NCBI GenBank assembly: GCA_965228135.1
Contig: OZ245798.1
Location: 2,891,037 to 2,955,036, forward strand
Length of the DNA: 64,000 nucleotides
Direction: 5' to 3'
Origin: Tagaea sp.
Lineage (GTDB): Bacteria > Pseudomonadota > Alphaproteobacteria > CACIAM-22H2
Position numbers and translations under genes: made by a program. This document shows positions 41,791 through 49,631 of this stretch, in pieces (the first letter of the stretch is position 1; each line of letters opens with the position of its first letter). The notes below the pieces were generated by a model. That model saw only the letters and a program-made list of their open reading frames with translations, searched no databases and had not been told where the DNA came from.

Positions 41791-43808
41791 CGGATACCTA
41801 CTTTAAGTTTTCTATTACTCTTGGTGTCAAAAATTGGCCTACGCTCAATTCGAGCCAAAAATCAGATCGCCAATCGAATAGATTGCATCGCCAAAATTCT
41901 GAATGAGTCTTTCTCCTTGCCTTAGAAAGGAAACATCTTGCCTAATCCCAGCGAGCTCTAAAGCATCTCCTATCTGCTTGCTAGTTGGGTGAGCATCACC
42001 TAGGCGCATCTCATATGTGCCGACAATAGGCCCAAAGACGGAGCGCGCTCTCTCGGCTCCAGCTCTTTGAGCCAAAATATCTTCAAGGAGCTTATTTGTT
42101 TTAAGATCTTCCTTCTTTGCATTTTGTGAAAGTTTACGGAGCTCGCGTACGTCAAGACGATCTGTAAACACACGAACAAGCTCTTTTGCTAACCGCAGTA
42201 AAGACGCCTGGTCTTTACTCATAAATCGAGATACTTGCTGCTTAACCAAGGCATCATTAATATCGTGATTAAATATCTTTATATTAAAGTGTTTTTGAAA
42301 TGCGGCCTCAAGCATTCGCATATTTTCAAACAGCGAATCTTCAACCGCTCGCGTATTTGCAATCTGCGTCTTTACTTGGGCAGACAGTAGCTCTACTGAA
42401 ACTTTGCCATCGGGAGCAACATTATGCGCTGCCCATACATGTTGCTCCCAAGCCGCCAGCCGAGCAATATCATACGCATAGACCGTAATTAGATCAGCGG
42501 CATTGATTCCGAAATGCGTAGAGTACCCGGAGGTGGAGCGAATGCTACCCGTTTCGGCAGTGTGCCATTCCAATGAAAAGCCGCGATGGCTCAAAAGCTC
42601 ACTAACAACAGTTGGTCGAAACCACAACCAGCGTCCGATGTCTTCATTATCTAGTTCGGCAGATGGCATCCGTGAACCATCCGTCTTCACGATGAACTGA
42701 GGAAGAAAGTTATCCACGTCACCGCGAACTCGAATGCTACGACCTTGATGGTCAATCCATTCATCGCGCCAAAATTCTGCTTCCACGCGCACGCCTTCAA
42801 TATCTTGGCGATGGCCCTCTGATTTTTCATATTCTGAATTGCTGCTTGTCTCAGGCCCGAGTATCGGTGCATCTGCTTCCACATCGACGTCGGTTCGCCA
42901 AGATCGAAACAATGCCCAGCTTCCGCCGAATATAGCGTGTAGCGTTCGGACGCTCACTTCGAAGCGGCCATGATCGCGATCTTCGCGACAGTTATTCAAG
43001 CCTTCAAATGGGCTACCTTCGATCGCCAATACATTCGCTACTCTTTGACGATAATAAGATAGGCGTAGGGCTAGATTTCTGGCCGCCAAGTAATCGAGAA
43101 GGAATTCTCGCTTGATTTCGATCTGTTTATGATTCCCGTCTGCATCGAAGATCTCGCGCGCGACAATTACAAAATCTTCCTCCGGCCTAACCCAATTGTC
43201 GCCTTCTTTGATCAACCGAAGCGCAACCACTAGATCAGGATTTAGTATCCATTTTTTCCCGCCAATAACTGGCTGCGGATGCTCAAAGACTAAATGCACG
43301 CCAATCGGATTTTTATCGTTGTAACTATATTGTTCGATGGATGAATAGTATCCATCCTTAAAGGCGCAAGGTTGGGCGCTGCATGCAATTCCGATATCTT
43401 CCCAAGTAAGACCGTCCGCAAACTGCCTATGCTCTGGCGGAAAAGCGACAGACCCACAAAGAAATGAGTCGCTTATGTAGTCTAAATCTCGGACTTCTCC
43501 CCGGGTATCATCGATAGATGCCCGCAGAGGAACCCATGTTGCGTCAGAAAAAAACCGCTGCGTCTCTTTGCGCAGAAGAAGCCACTCTTTATCTACGGTC
43601 ATTTCTCAACAGCCCATGCAAAGGGTAATGAAGAGGCCGTCACAGATTAGAATGGCATTCTAAATAATAAAAGAAACACATTTAAAGGTATCGATCTACT
43701 CGCAGTGCCTATTCGTGCTTTTACTTTGAGTTATTGGGCTTGAAGCCGACGGCAGAGGATGGTGGCTTAGGGCAAGCGGAAGAAAAACGAAACTATGATC
43801 AATATGTA
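41791..43808. mobile_element. Low-GC (~45% vs ~67% flanks) genomic islet inserted at the 3' end of tRNA-Arg, bracketed by 9-bp direct repeats CGCGTGGCG (41782-41790 and 43809-43817); no integrase present
   Basis: Abrupt composition shift read directly. Right repeat overlaps the tRNA-Arg 3' terminus. Single cargo ORF. Confidence 0.5.
41845..43602 (-). CDS. Orphan 585-aa protein of unknown function (island cargo; candidate defence/abortive-infection-type gene)
   Basis: Long uninterrupted ORF in AT-rich DNA, where random ORFs of this length are very unlikely. Trp-rich, no signal peptide, TM segment, Walker motifs or any recognisable catalytic motif. Confidence 0.6.
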   Translation of the reverse strand: MTVDKEWLLLRKETQRFFSDATWVPLRASIDDTRGEVRDLDYISDSFLCGSVAFPPEHRQFADGLTWEDIGIACSAQPCAFKDGYYSSIEQYSYNDKNPIGVHLVFEHPQPVIGGKKWILNPDLVVALRLIKEGDNWVRPEEDFVIVAREIFDADGNHKQIEIKREFLLDYLAARNLALRLSYYRQRVANVLAIEGSPFEGLNNCREDRDHGRFEVSVRTLHAIFGGSWALFRSWRTDVDVEADAPILGPETSSNSEYEKSEGHRQDIEGVRVEAEFWRDEWIDHQGRSIRVRGDVDNFLPQFIVKTDGSRMPSAELDNEDIGRWLWFRPTVVSELLSHRGFSLEWHTAETGSIRSTSGYSTHFGINAADLITVYAYDIARLAAWEQHVWAAHNVAPDGKVSVELLSAQVKTQIANTRAVEDSLFENMRMLEAAFQKHFNIKIFNHDINDALVKQQVSRFMSKDQASLLRLAKELVRVFTDRLDVRELRKLSQNAKKEDLKTNKLLEDILAQRAGAERARSVFGPIVGTYEMRLGDAHPTSKQIGDALELAGIRQDVSFLRQGERLIQNFGDAIYSIGDLIFGSN

Positions 43809-43812
43809 CGCG

Positions 43813-43889
43813 TGGCGTCCCCGAGAGGAATCGAACCTCCGACCTACAGTTTAGGAAACTGCCGCTCTATCCTGCTGAGCTACGGGGAC
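43813..43889 (-). tRNA. tRNA-Arg (anticodon CCU)
   Basis: Manual fold: acceptor GTCCCCG/CGGGGAC, D-arm TAGCTCAGCAGGATAGAGC, anticodon loop UUCCUAA, T-loop GGAGGTTCGATTCC, encoded CCA. 77 nt. Confidence 0.9.
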
Positions 43890-43935
43890 CAAGGCCACGC
43901 GGAATGGGCTTATAGCATAGGCCCCGAAACGCCGA

Positions 43936-45387
43936 CTAGTTGGCGGCGGCGGGCGCCGGGCGCGGGGCGCGGCCCAAGCGCTCCTCCCCCTGCTGCATGG
44001 CGAGGCTATAGGCCACGTAATATTTATAGATATTGCCGACGTAATGGACCGTTTCGGCGCCCACGATGCGCGCCGCCGCGACCTCGACATTGTCGAACCA
44101 GACATTGGGGTCGAGGCCCATTTGCGTCGCGCGCCGGCGGAATTTGCGCAAATTTCCCGGCCCCGCGTTATAGGCGGCGAAGGTCAGCAGCGTCCGGTCG
44201 ACCTCGTCGAGCGCGGGATCGTTGACGTAGCGCTTGCGCAACAGCGCCATCACCGCCGCCCCGGCTTTGATGTTGAGATCGGGGTCGTGCGCCACGCCCT
44301 TGATGCCGATGGGCGGCGCTTCCGCCGTGCTGGGCAGCAATTGCATGATGCCGACGGCCCCGCGCGGGCTGACCTGTTTCTGGTCGAGCCGCGATTCCTG
44401 ATAGCCCTGGGCGGCCAGCAGCAGATAGTCGAAATTGGCGGTGCCGGCATGGCGGCGGAAGCTTTCGACCATCGCGCCGAACCGCGCGGAATCGTCGGCG
44501 GCGGCGGCGTTGCGCACCGTCGCGCGGCCGCCGTAATAACGGCGCAGGATCGTGGCGCCGAAGGCGGTGCCCTGCTTGCGCGCGGCGAAGAATTCGTCGA
44601 GCTCGGCTTTCAACAGCGGCGAGTCCGGGCGGATGGCCCAGGCGATTTCGCCGCCCTCGTTGAACACGATATCGGGCCGCAGGGTCAGCTTCGTGTCCGC
44701 GCGCCCCCAAAATCCGGCGACATGCGAATCCGCGATCGCCCAGGGCAGCAAACCGGCGCCGACCATCTGCAACACGTCTTCGGTCTGCAGCCGCGCCGAC
44801 AGTTTGACGACCTTGATCGGCGCCAAGCCGCGCTTGGCGAAATCGGCGTTGATCGCGTCGACATGCTCGATATAGCTGGTCCCCTCGCGCACCGGCAATT
44901 CGCGCCCCGCGAGATCGTCGAGCCCGGCGAGTGTCGCGGGTGCGGCCGGGCCGGTCACGAGAATCTCGTCGACGCCGGTGAGCCAGGGCTGCGCGAAATC
45001 GACGATTTCCGCGCGCTTCTCGGTGATCGTGAGATTGGCCGCGACCGCGTCGCCGCGCCCGTTCAGCAACGCCGAAAACAGCTTGTCGCGCGATGTGGGC
45101 ACGAACACGACGCGGATCGGCAAGCCCTTCTTGGCGTGGCGCTTGTTGAGCCAGGTTTCGAATTCGCGGCCGAACTCGGCGGCCACGCCCATCTCGCGGC
45201 CCTTGTCGATGAAGAAATGGGTTTTGCTATAGGGCACGATCAAGCGGAACGCGCGTTCCGTCAGGATCGTGTCGAGATCGCCGCTGCGCACGCTTTGCGT
45301 GGGCAGCGCCACGGGCTTGCGCTGCTGCGCCGCGGCGGGTGCCGCGAACAGAGCCAACACCAAAAATGCGGCGGCGAAGCGCTTCAT
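43936..45387 (-). CDS. mltF: Membrane-bound lytic murein transglycosylase F (SBP_bac_3 domain + SLT domain)
   Basis: Signal peptide, N-terminal amino-acid SBP-like domain, C-terminal SLT motifs (YQESRLD, GAVGIMQLLP, AYNAGPG). Start ATG at 45387. Confidence 0.8.
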   Translation of the reverse strand: MKRFAAAFLVLALFAAPAAAQQRKPVALPTQSVRSGDLDTILTERAFRLIVPYSKTHFFIDKGREMGVAAEFGREFETWLNKRHAKKGLPIRVVFVPTSRDKLFSALLNGRGDAVAANLTITEKRAEIVDFAQPWLTGVDEILVTGPAAPATLAGLDDLAGRELPVREGTSYIEHVDAINADFAKRGLAPIKVVKLSARLQTEDVLQMVGAGLLPWAIADSHVAGFWGRADTKLTLRPDIVFNEGGEIAWAIRPDSPLLKAELDEFFAARKQGTAFGATILRRYYGGRATVRNAAAADDSARFGAMVESFRRHAGTANFDYLLLAAQGYQESRLDQKQVSPRGAVGIMQLLPSTAEAPPIGIKGVAHDPDLNIKAGAAVMALLRKRYVNDPALDEVDRTLLTFAAYNAGPGNLRKFRRRATQMGLDPNVWFDNVEVAAARIVGAETVHYVGNIYKYYVAYSLAMQQGEERLGRAPRPAPAAAN

Positions 45388-46658
45388 TGCGCGGCGGCCG
45401 CCGCTTTCGCCTTCGCCGCCTGATTGGCGCGGCCGAACGCATCGACCGCGCGGATGACCAGGAAGGTCGAGCAGAACACCAGCGCGATCGCCACGGGCAC
45501 GAGCGTGGGCTTGCCCATATCGAGCAGCACGCCCGCGACGAACGGGCCGATCAGCAGGCCGATATCGAAGCCCGAATAGACGAGACCGAAGGTCCGGCCC
45601 ATCGCCCCGGCGGGCGCCACCTTCTTCACCAGCAAGTCGCGCGACGCGGCGGTCACGCCACCCGCCACACCCGCCAGCGCGAAGCAAGCTTCGGCGAAGA
45701 AATAGGGCCGATCGGGCAAAAGGATCGCGAGGATGAAGGCGCCCGCGATCACAAGGCCCACGCCCGCGACCAGCTCGTGTCGGTCGGTCGCATCGGCGAG
45801 GAAGCCGCCCGCGAGAATACCGATCGCCTGCCCGCCGAGATAAAGCGCCACGGCGACCGTCGCGGTCTGATAATCGACCGAATAGAGCAGCGACAGCGTC
45901 GCGGCGCCGAAGGATTGCACGGCACCACCGGCCATCGAGGTCATCGACAGATAGGCGAAGGCCGCGAGCAAGGCCGGCATCGTCATCAGCTTGCCGAAAC
46001 CGGCGAGCACTTCGCGCGGGCTTTCCTTGCGCGCCGGATGGGGCCCGTGCGCCGCCGCGCCCAGCAGATCCTTCGCTTGCCAGACGATCAGCGCCTGGGC
46101 GAGGCCGTAGACCAGGGCGAGCATCAACGCCGTGCGCCAGCCGAAGGCGAAGCCCAATGTCGACAGCAGCACGGGGGCCGCCGCGAAACCCAGCGTGCCG
46201 CCGAAAGCGTGGATCGCGAAGGCGCGCCCCGTCAGATGGGGCGATACGCGGCTCGACAGGATCGAGAAATCGGCCGGGTGGAACACCGAATTGCCCGCCC
46301 CCGCGATCAATGCCAGCGGGAACAGCATCCAGAAATCGGTCGCGAAGGCCATGCCGCCGATCCCGACCGACAAGGCGGTCGTGCCGCAAGCGAGCGAAAT
46401 TCGGCCGCCGTAACGGTCGACGATGATGCCGACAAAGGCTTGGCCCAGGCCCGACGCGACATAAAAGGTGGAGATCACCAGCGCCAGGGCCGTGTAGTCC
46501 ACGCCGAACTCCGCCTGCAACAGCGGGAACATCGGCGGCAGCGCGAATTGGAACAAGTGGCTGGTCGAGTGGACGAGGCCCACGGTGCCGATCACCGCGA
46601 CGTCGCGGGTGGGGATGGGCGAGGGACTCAGCAAAGGCGTGGGGGCGGTCGCGGTCAT
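45384..46658 (-). CDS. MFS transporter
   Basis: Twelve TM segments. 4-bp overlap with the mltF start. Confidence 0.8.
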   Translation of the reverse strand: MTATAPTPLLSPSPIPTRDVAVIGTVGLVHSTSHLFQFALPPMFPLLQAEFGVDYTALALVISTFYVASGLGQAFVGIIVDRYGGRISLACGTTALSVGIGGMAFATDFWMLFPLALIAGAGNSVFHPADFSILSSRVSPHLTGRAFAIHAFGGTLGFAAAPVLLSTLGFAFGWRTALMLALVYGLAQALIVWQAKDLLGAAAHGPHPARKESPREVLAGFGKLMTMPALLAAFAYLSMTSMAGGAVQSFGAATLSLLYSVDYQTATVAVALYLGGQAIGILAGGFLADATDRHELVAGVGLVIAGAFILAILLPDRPYFFAEACFALAGVAGGVTAASRDLLVKKVAPAGAMGRTFGLVYSGFDIGLLIGPFVAGVLLDMGKPTLVPVAIALVFCSTFLVIRAVDAFGRANQAAKAKAAAAAQ

Positions 46659-46857
46659 ATGGGGGTCACTCGGTCGGGATCGCGGCCGAAATTGCGCCGC
46701 ACATAATCGATACCGTCAGTCTCGGCGATATCGAGCGAAGGATGGGGGCGCGAAAGGGCGGAACGCTTGCCGTCCTCCCACACGCTCCACAGGTAATGGG
46801 GTTTGACGCCGGGCACGCGCCAGGTCTCGATCATCAATTCGATCATCGCGGGCCCGC

Positions 46858-47823
46858 TCACAGGCGCTTGGCCCGTTCCATCGCGGCGACGAGCTGGGCG
46901 CGAATGCCCGGTTCCATCGCCGAATGGCCGGCATCGGCGACGATGTGATAGCGCGCCTCGGGCCAAGCCTTGGCCAGAAGATCGGCACTGACGATCGGGC
47001 AGACCATGTCGTAGCGGCCCTGCACGATCGTGCCGGGGATATGGCGCATGCGCGGCACACCGTCGATCAACGCATTTTCCGCCATGAACAAACCGTGGCG
47101 GAAATAATGCGCTTCGATGCGCGCGAGGCCCAGCGCCATACGGTCTTCGGAGAAAGCCTGCACGGTTTCGGGGCTGGGCAGCAGCGTCGAGCACGAACCT
47201 TCGTAAGCGCTCCACGCCCGCGCGGCGGCGAGATGGATCGCGGGATCGGGATCGATCAAGCGGCGCCAGTAATTGCCCAGCAGATCGGAACGCTCGTTTT
47301 CCGGCAGATGTCCGGCGAATTCGCGCCACGCTTCGGGGAAGACGTTGCCGATGCCGTACAGGAACCATTCGAGTTCCAGTTTGCGGCCCAGGAAAATGCC
47401 GCGCAGCGTCAGCGAGCGCACGCGTTCGGGATGGGTTTGCGCGTAAGCCAGCGCCAGCGTCGAGCCCCACGACCCGCCGAACACGTGCCAGCGATCGATG
47501 CCCAGATGCAGGCGCAAGCGCTCCATATCCGCGACCAGAAGCGGCGTCGTGTTGTCGTCGATCGCGCCGTGCGGCGTGGATCGTCCCGCCCCGCGCTGGT
47601 CGAACACCACGATCCGATAATGATAGGGATCGAAAAACCGGCGATGCGCGGGCGTGGCACCCGCCCCCGGCCCGCCATGCAGGAAAATCACCGGCACGCC
47701 GCGGGGGTTTCCGCTTTGCTCCCAATACATCGCATGCCGGTCGTCCAGGCGCAAAAAGCCCGTGCCGTAGGGATCGATGGGCGGAAAAAGATCGGTGCGC
47801 GAAGTCGCGTCGGGAGCGGGCAT
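46858..47823 (-). CDS. pip: Prolyl aminopeptidase (proline iminopeptidase, S33)
   Basis: HGGPG oxyanion motif, GGSWGSTLAL nucleophile and the characteristic Pip N-terminus. Confidence 0.85.
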   Translation of the reverse strand: MPAPDATSRTDLFPPIDPYGTGFLRLDDRHAMYWEQSGNPRGVPVIFLHGGPGAGATPAHRRFFDPYHYRIVVFDQRGAGRSTPHGAIDDNTTPLLVADMERLRLHLGIDRWHVFGGSWGSTLALAYAQTHPERVRSLTLRGIFLGRKLELEWFLYGIGNVFPEAWREFAGHLPENERSDLLGNYWRRLIDPDPAIHLAAARAWSAYEGSCSTLLPSPETVQAFSEDRMALGLARIEAHYFRHGLFMAENALIDGVPRMRHIPGTIVQGRYDMVCPIVSADLLAKAWPEARYHIVADAGHSAMEPGIRAQLVAAMERAKRL

Positions 47824-47915
47824 GACGCGGCACTTTGCGCCCCCCGTCCCGGCGGGGTCAAGACGCAGGCAAGGCGTTGACGTGCATGCCTGGAACGCCG
47901 CAGAGTCGGGGCCGC

Positions 47916-49427
47916 ATGATCACCTTGTCCCGCTTTCGCGGCGCGCTGGCCGCGTCCGCCCTCGCCCTCGCGGCCCTGACGCTGGGCGCTTGCGCGCAGA
48001 ACCAAGCGACCGGCCGCTCGCAATTCGTCACCATGTCGGCGGCGGACGAAGCCAAGATCGGCGCGGACGAGCATCCCAAAGTGCTGGAGGCTTTCGGCGG
48101 CGCCTATAACAATCCGCGCTTGGCCGCCTATGTGCAGCGCGTGGGCGAAGGTTTGGCGCGCCGCTCCGAACTGCCCGATCTCAAATTCACCTTCACGGTG
48201 TTGAATTCGGACATCTACAACGCCTTCGCGCTGCCCGGCGGTTATGTCTACATCACGCGCGGGTTGCTGGCGCTGATGGGCAGCGAGGCGGAGCTCGCCT
48301 CCGTCCTCGGCCACGAGATCGGCCACGTCACCGCGCGCCACACGGCCGAGCGTATGGCGCAAACCACCGCCGCGAATATCGGCGCCACGATCTTCTCGAT
48401 CGGTGTGGCGGTCCTCACGGGCTCGAGCGACGCGGGCAATCTCGCGGGCCAAGCCTCGGGCGCCATCGCGGGCACGGTGCTCGCCTCCTATTCGCGCGAC
48501 CAGGAATTCGAGGCCGACAAGCTGGGCGTGCGCTACATGTCGCTGGTCGGCTACAACCCCGACGAAGCGGCCGATATGCTCGCCAAGCTCGGCCAGGGCG
48601 CGCGGCTTGAAATGCAGATCGCCGGGCGCTCGCCCGACGAGGCCGATCAATTCTCGATCATGCAGACCCATCCGCGCACCGCCGACCGCGTGCGCGAAGC
48701 GCTCGCCGCCGCGCGCGCGCAAGGGCTGCAAGCGGTCGCGAACCCACGCGAAAACGTCGAGGAATATTACGCCGCGATCGAGGGCATGGCGGTGGGCGGC
48801 GACGCCGATTCGGGTTTCGTCAAAGGCCGCACCTTCACCCATCCCAAGCTGCGTTTCCGTTTCGAAGCGCCCGAGAAATACCGGCTGAGCGACAGCCAGG
48901 ATGCGGTGCGCGCCACCGGCCCCGACGGCGCGCAGATCACCTTCGACATGCGCCGCGGCCGCGCGGCCGATCCCGCGACGTTCCTCGCCGGCGAATGGGC
49001 GAAGGGCGCCCAGCTTGCGGGCGTGGAGCGCATCACGGTCAACGGCATGCAAGCGGCGACCGGCGTCACGCGGTTGCGCGGCCAGAACGGGGCGGTCGAT
49101 GCGCGGCTGGTCGCGATCCGCATGCCCGACGGCACCTATTTCCGCATTCTGTTCCTCGCCCCGCCGCAGGTGATGACGCGCGAACAGGAGGCGTTCCGGC
49201 GCACGACCTATTCGGTGCGCTCGCTGACCGCGCAGGAAGCGCAAGCGGCGGAGCCGCTGCGCATCCGCCTGGTGCGCGCCGCCGCCGGCGATAATTTCGA
49301 CTCGCTCGCGCGCCGCATGACGGCGAATGACGGGTTCGAGCGCGAGCGCTTCCGCATCATCAACGGGATGCGCGAAGGCGAAGCGCCGGTCGCCGGGCGG
49401 CTCTATAAAATCGTCGCGGAGCGGTGA
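47916..49427 (+). CDS. M48-family zinc metalloprotease lipoprotein
   Basis: Lipobox LTLGAC, HEIGH zinc motif and downstream E for the third ligand. Confidence 0.8.
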   Translation: MITLSRFRGALAASALALAALTLGACAQNQATGRSQFVTMSAADEAKIGADEHPKVLEAFGGAYNNPRLAAYVQRVGEGLARRSELPDLKFTFTVLNSDIYNAFALPGGYVYITRGLLALMGSEAELASVLGHEIGHVTARHTAERMAQTTAANIGATIFSIGVAVLTGSSDAGNLAGQASGAIAGTVLASYSRDQEFEADKLGVRYMSLVGYNPDEAADMLAKLGQGARLEMQIAGRSPDEADQFSIMQTHPRTADRVREALAAARAQGLQAVANPRENVEEYYAAIEGMAVGGDADSGFVKGRTFTHPKLRFRFEAPEKYRLSDSQDAVRATGPDGAQITFDMRRGRAADPATFLAGEWAKGAQLAGVERITVNGMQAATGVTRLRGQNGAVDARLVAIRMPDGTYFRILFLAPPQVMTREQEAFRRTTYSVRSLTAQEAQAAEPLRIRLVRAAAGDNFDSLARRMTANDGFERERFRIINGMREGEAPVAGRLYKIVAER

Positions 49428-49471
49428 CGCGGCCAGCTACGCCTGCGGTTGTTTTTCTCGTAATTTCATAG

Positions 49472-49500
49472 TTGACGTTACGTTCTTTTTGGACTAGTTT
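49472..49500 (+). promoter_or_regulatory. Putative sigma70-type promoter (TTGACG -17 nt- TAGTTT) in a local AT-rich patch upstream of the duplicated array
   Basis: -35/-10 hexamers with 17-bp spacer read directly, ~130 nt upstream of the first plausible start (49632). Confidence 0.3.
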
Positions 49501-49631
49501 TGTACTCATGTGGTCTGCCCAGCCTATGCGGGGGCATTCCGCGACTTGGTTTCATCCTGCTGGGTCTCTCATGTCGTCTTAAACCTTGTGCCGGCGCATC
49601 CGCGTTGGCCGCAATCGCGGAGTCGCGCCCG

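Noticed and set aside
41770-41800. Hairpin GCGCGC-AAA-GCGCG after osmC as a terminator
   Set aside because: The stem is only 5-6 bp and overlaps the proposed island direct repeat. The downstream T-tract is weak, so it is not called.
42300-42700. Two short plus-strand ORFs (62 and 65 aa) inside the island
   Set aside because: Both are antisense to the 585-aa island ORF, have no RBS, and are probably chance ORFs in AT-rich DNA.
43734-44225. 163-aa plus-strand ORF
   Set aside because: It overlaps tRNA-Arg and the 3' end of mltF, has an Arg-rich composition, and is spurious.
46655-46850. Possible ~65-aa ORF (MIELMIETWRVPGVKPHYLW...) between the MFS gene and pip
   Set aside because: It has no recognisable motif or RBS, its stop is 4 bp from the MFS start, and the evidence is insufficient. 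It could be a real small protein, so it is left unannotated.
49500-49631. Track start (TTG at 49500) for the first large gene, giving an N-terminus MYSCGLPSLCGG...
   Set aside because: That codon lies inside the predicted -10 hexamer. The N-terminal 44 residues are Cys/Gly-rich with no lipobox (LGLSC does not fit L-[AS]-[GA]-C), so it is not a real signal or lipoprotein sequence. The ATG at 49632 with a GGAG RBS is preferred.
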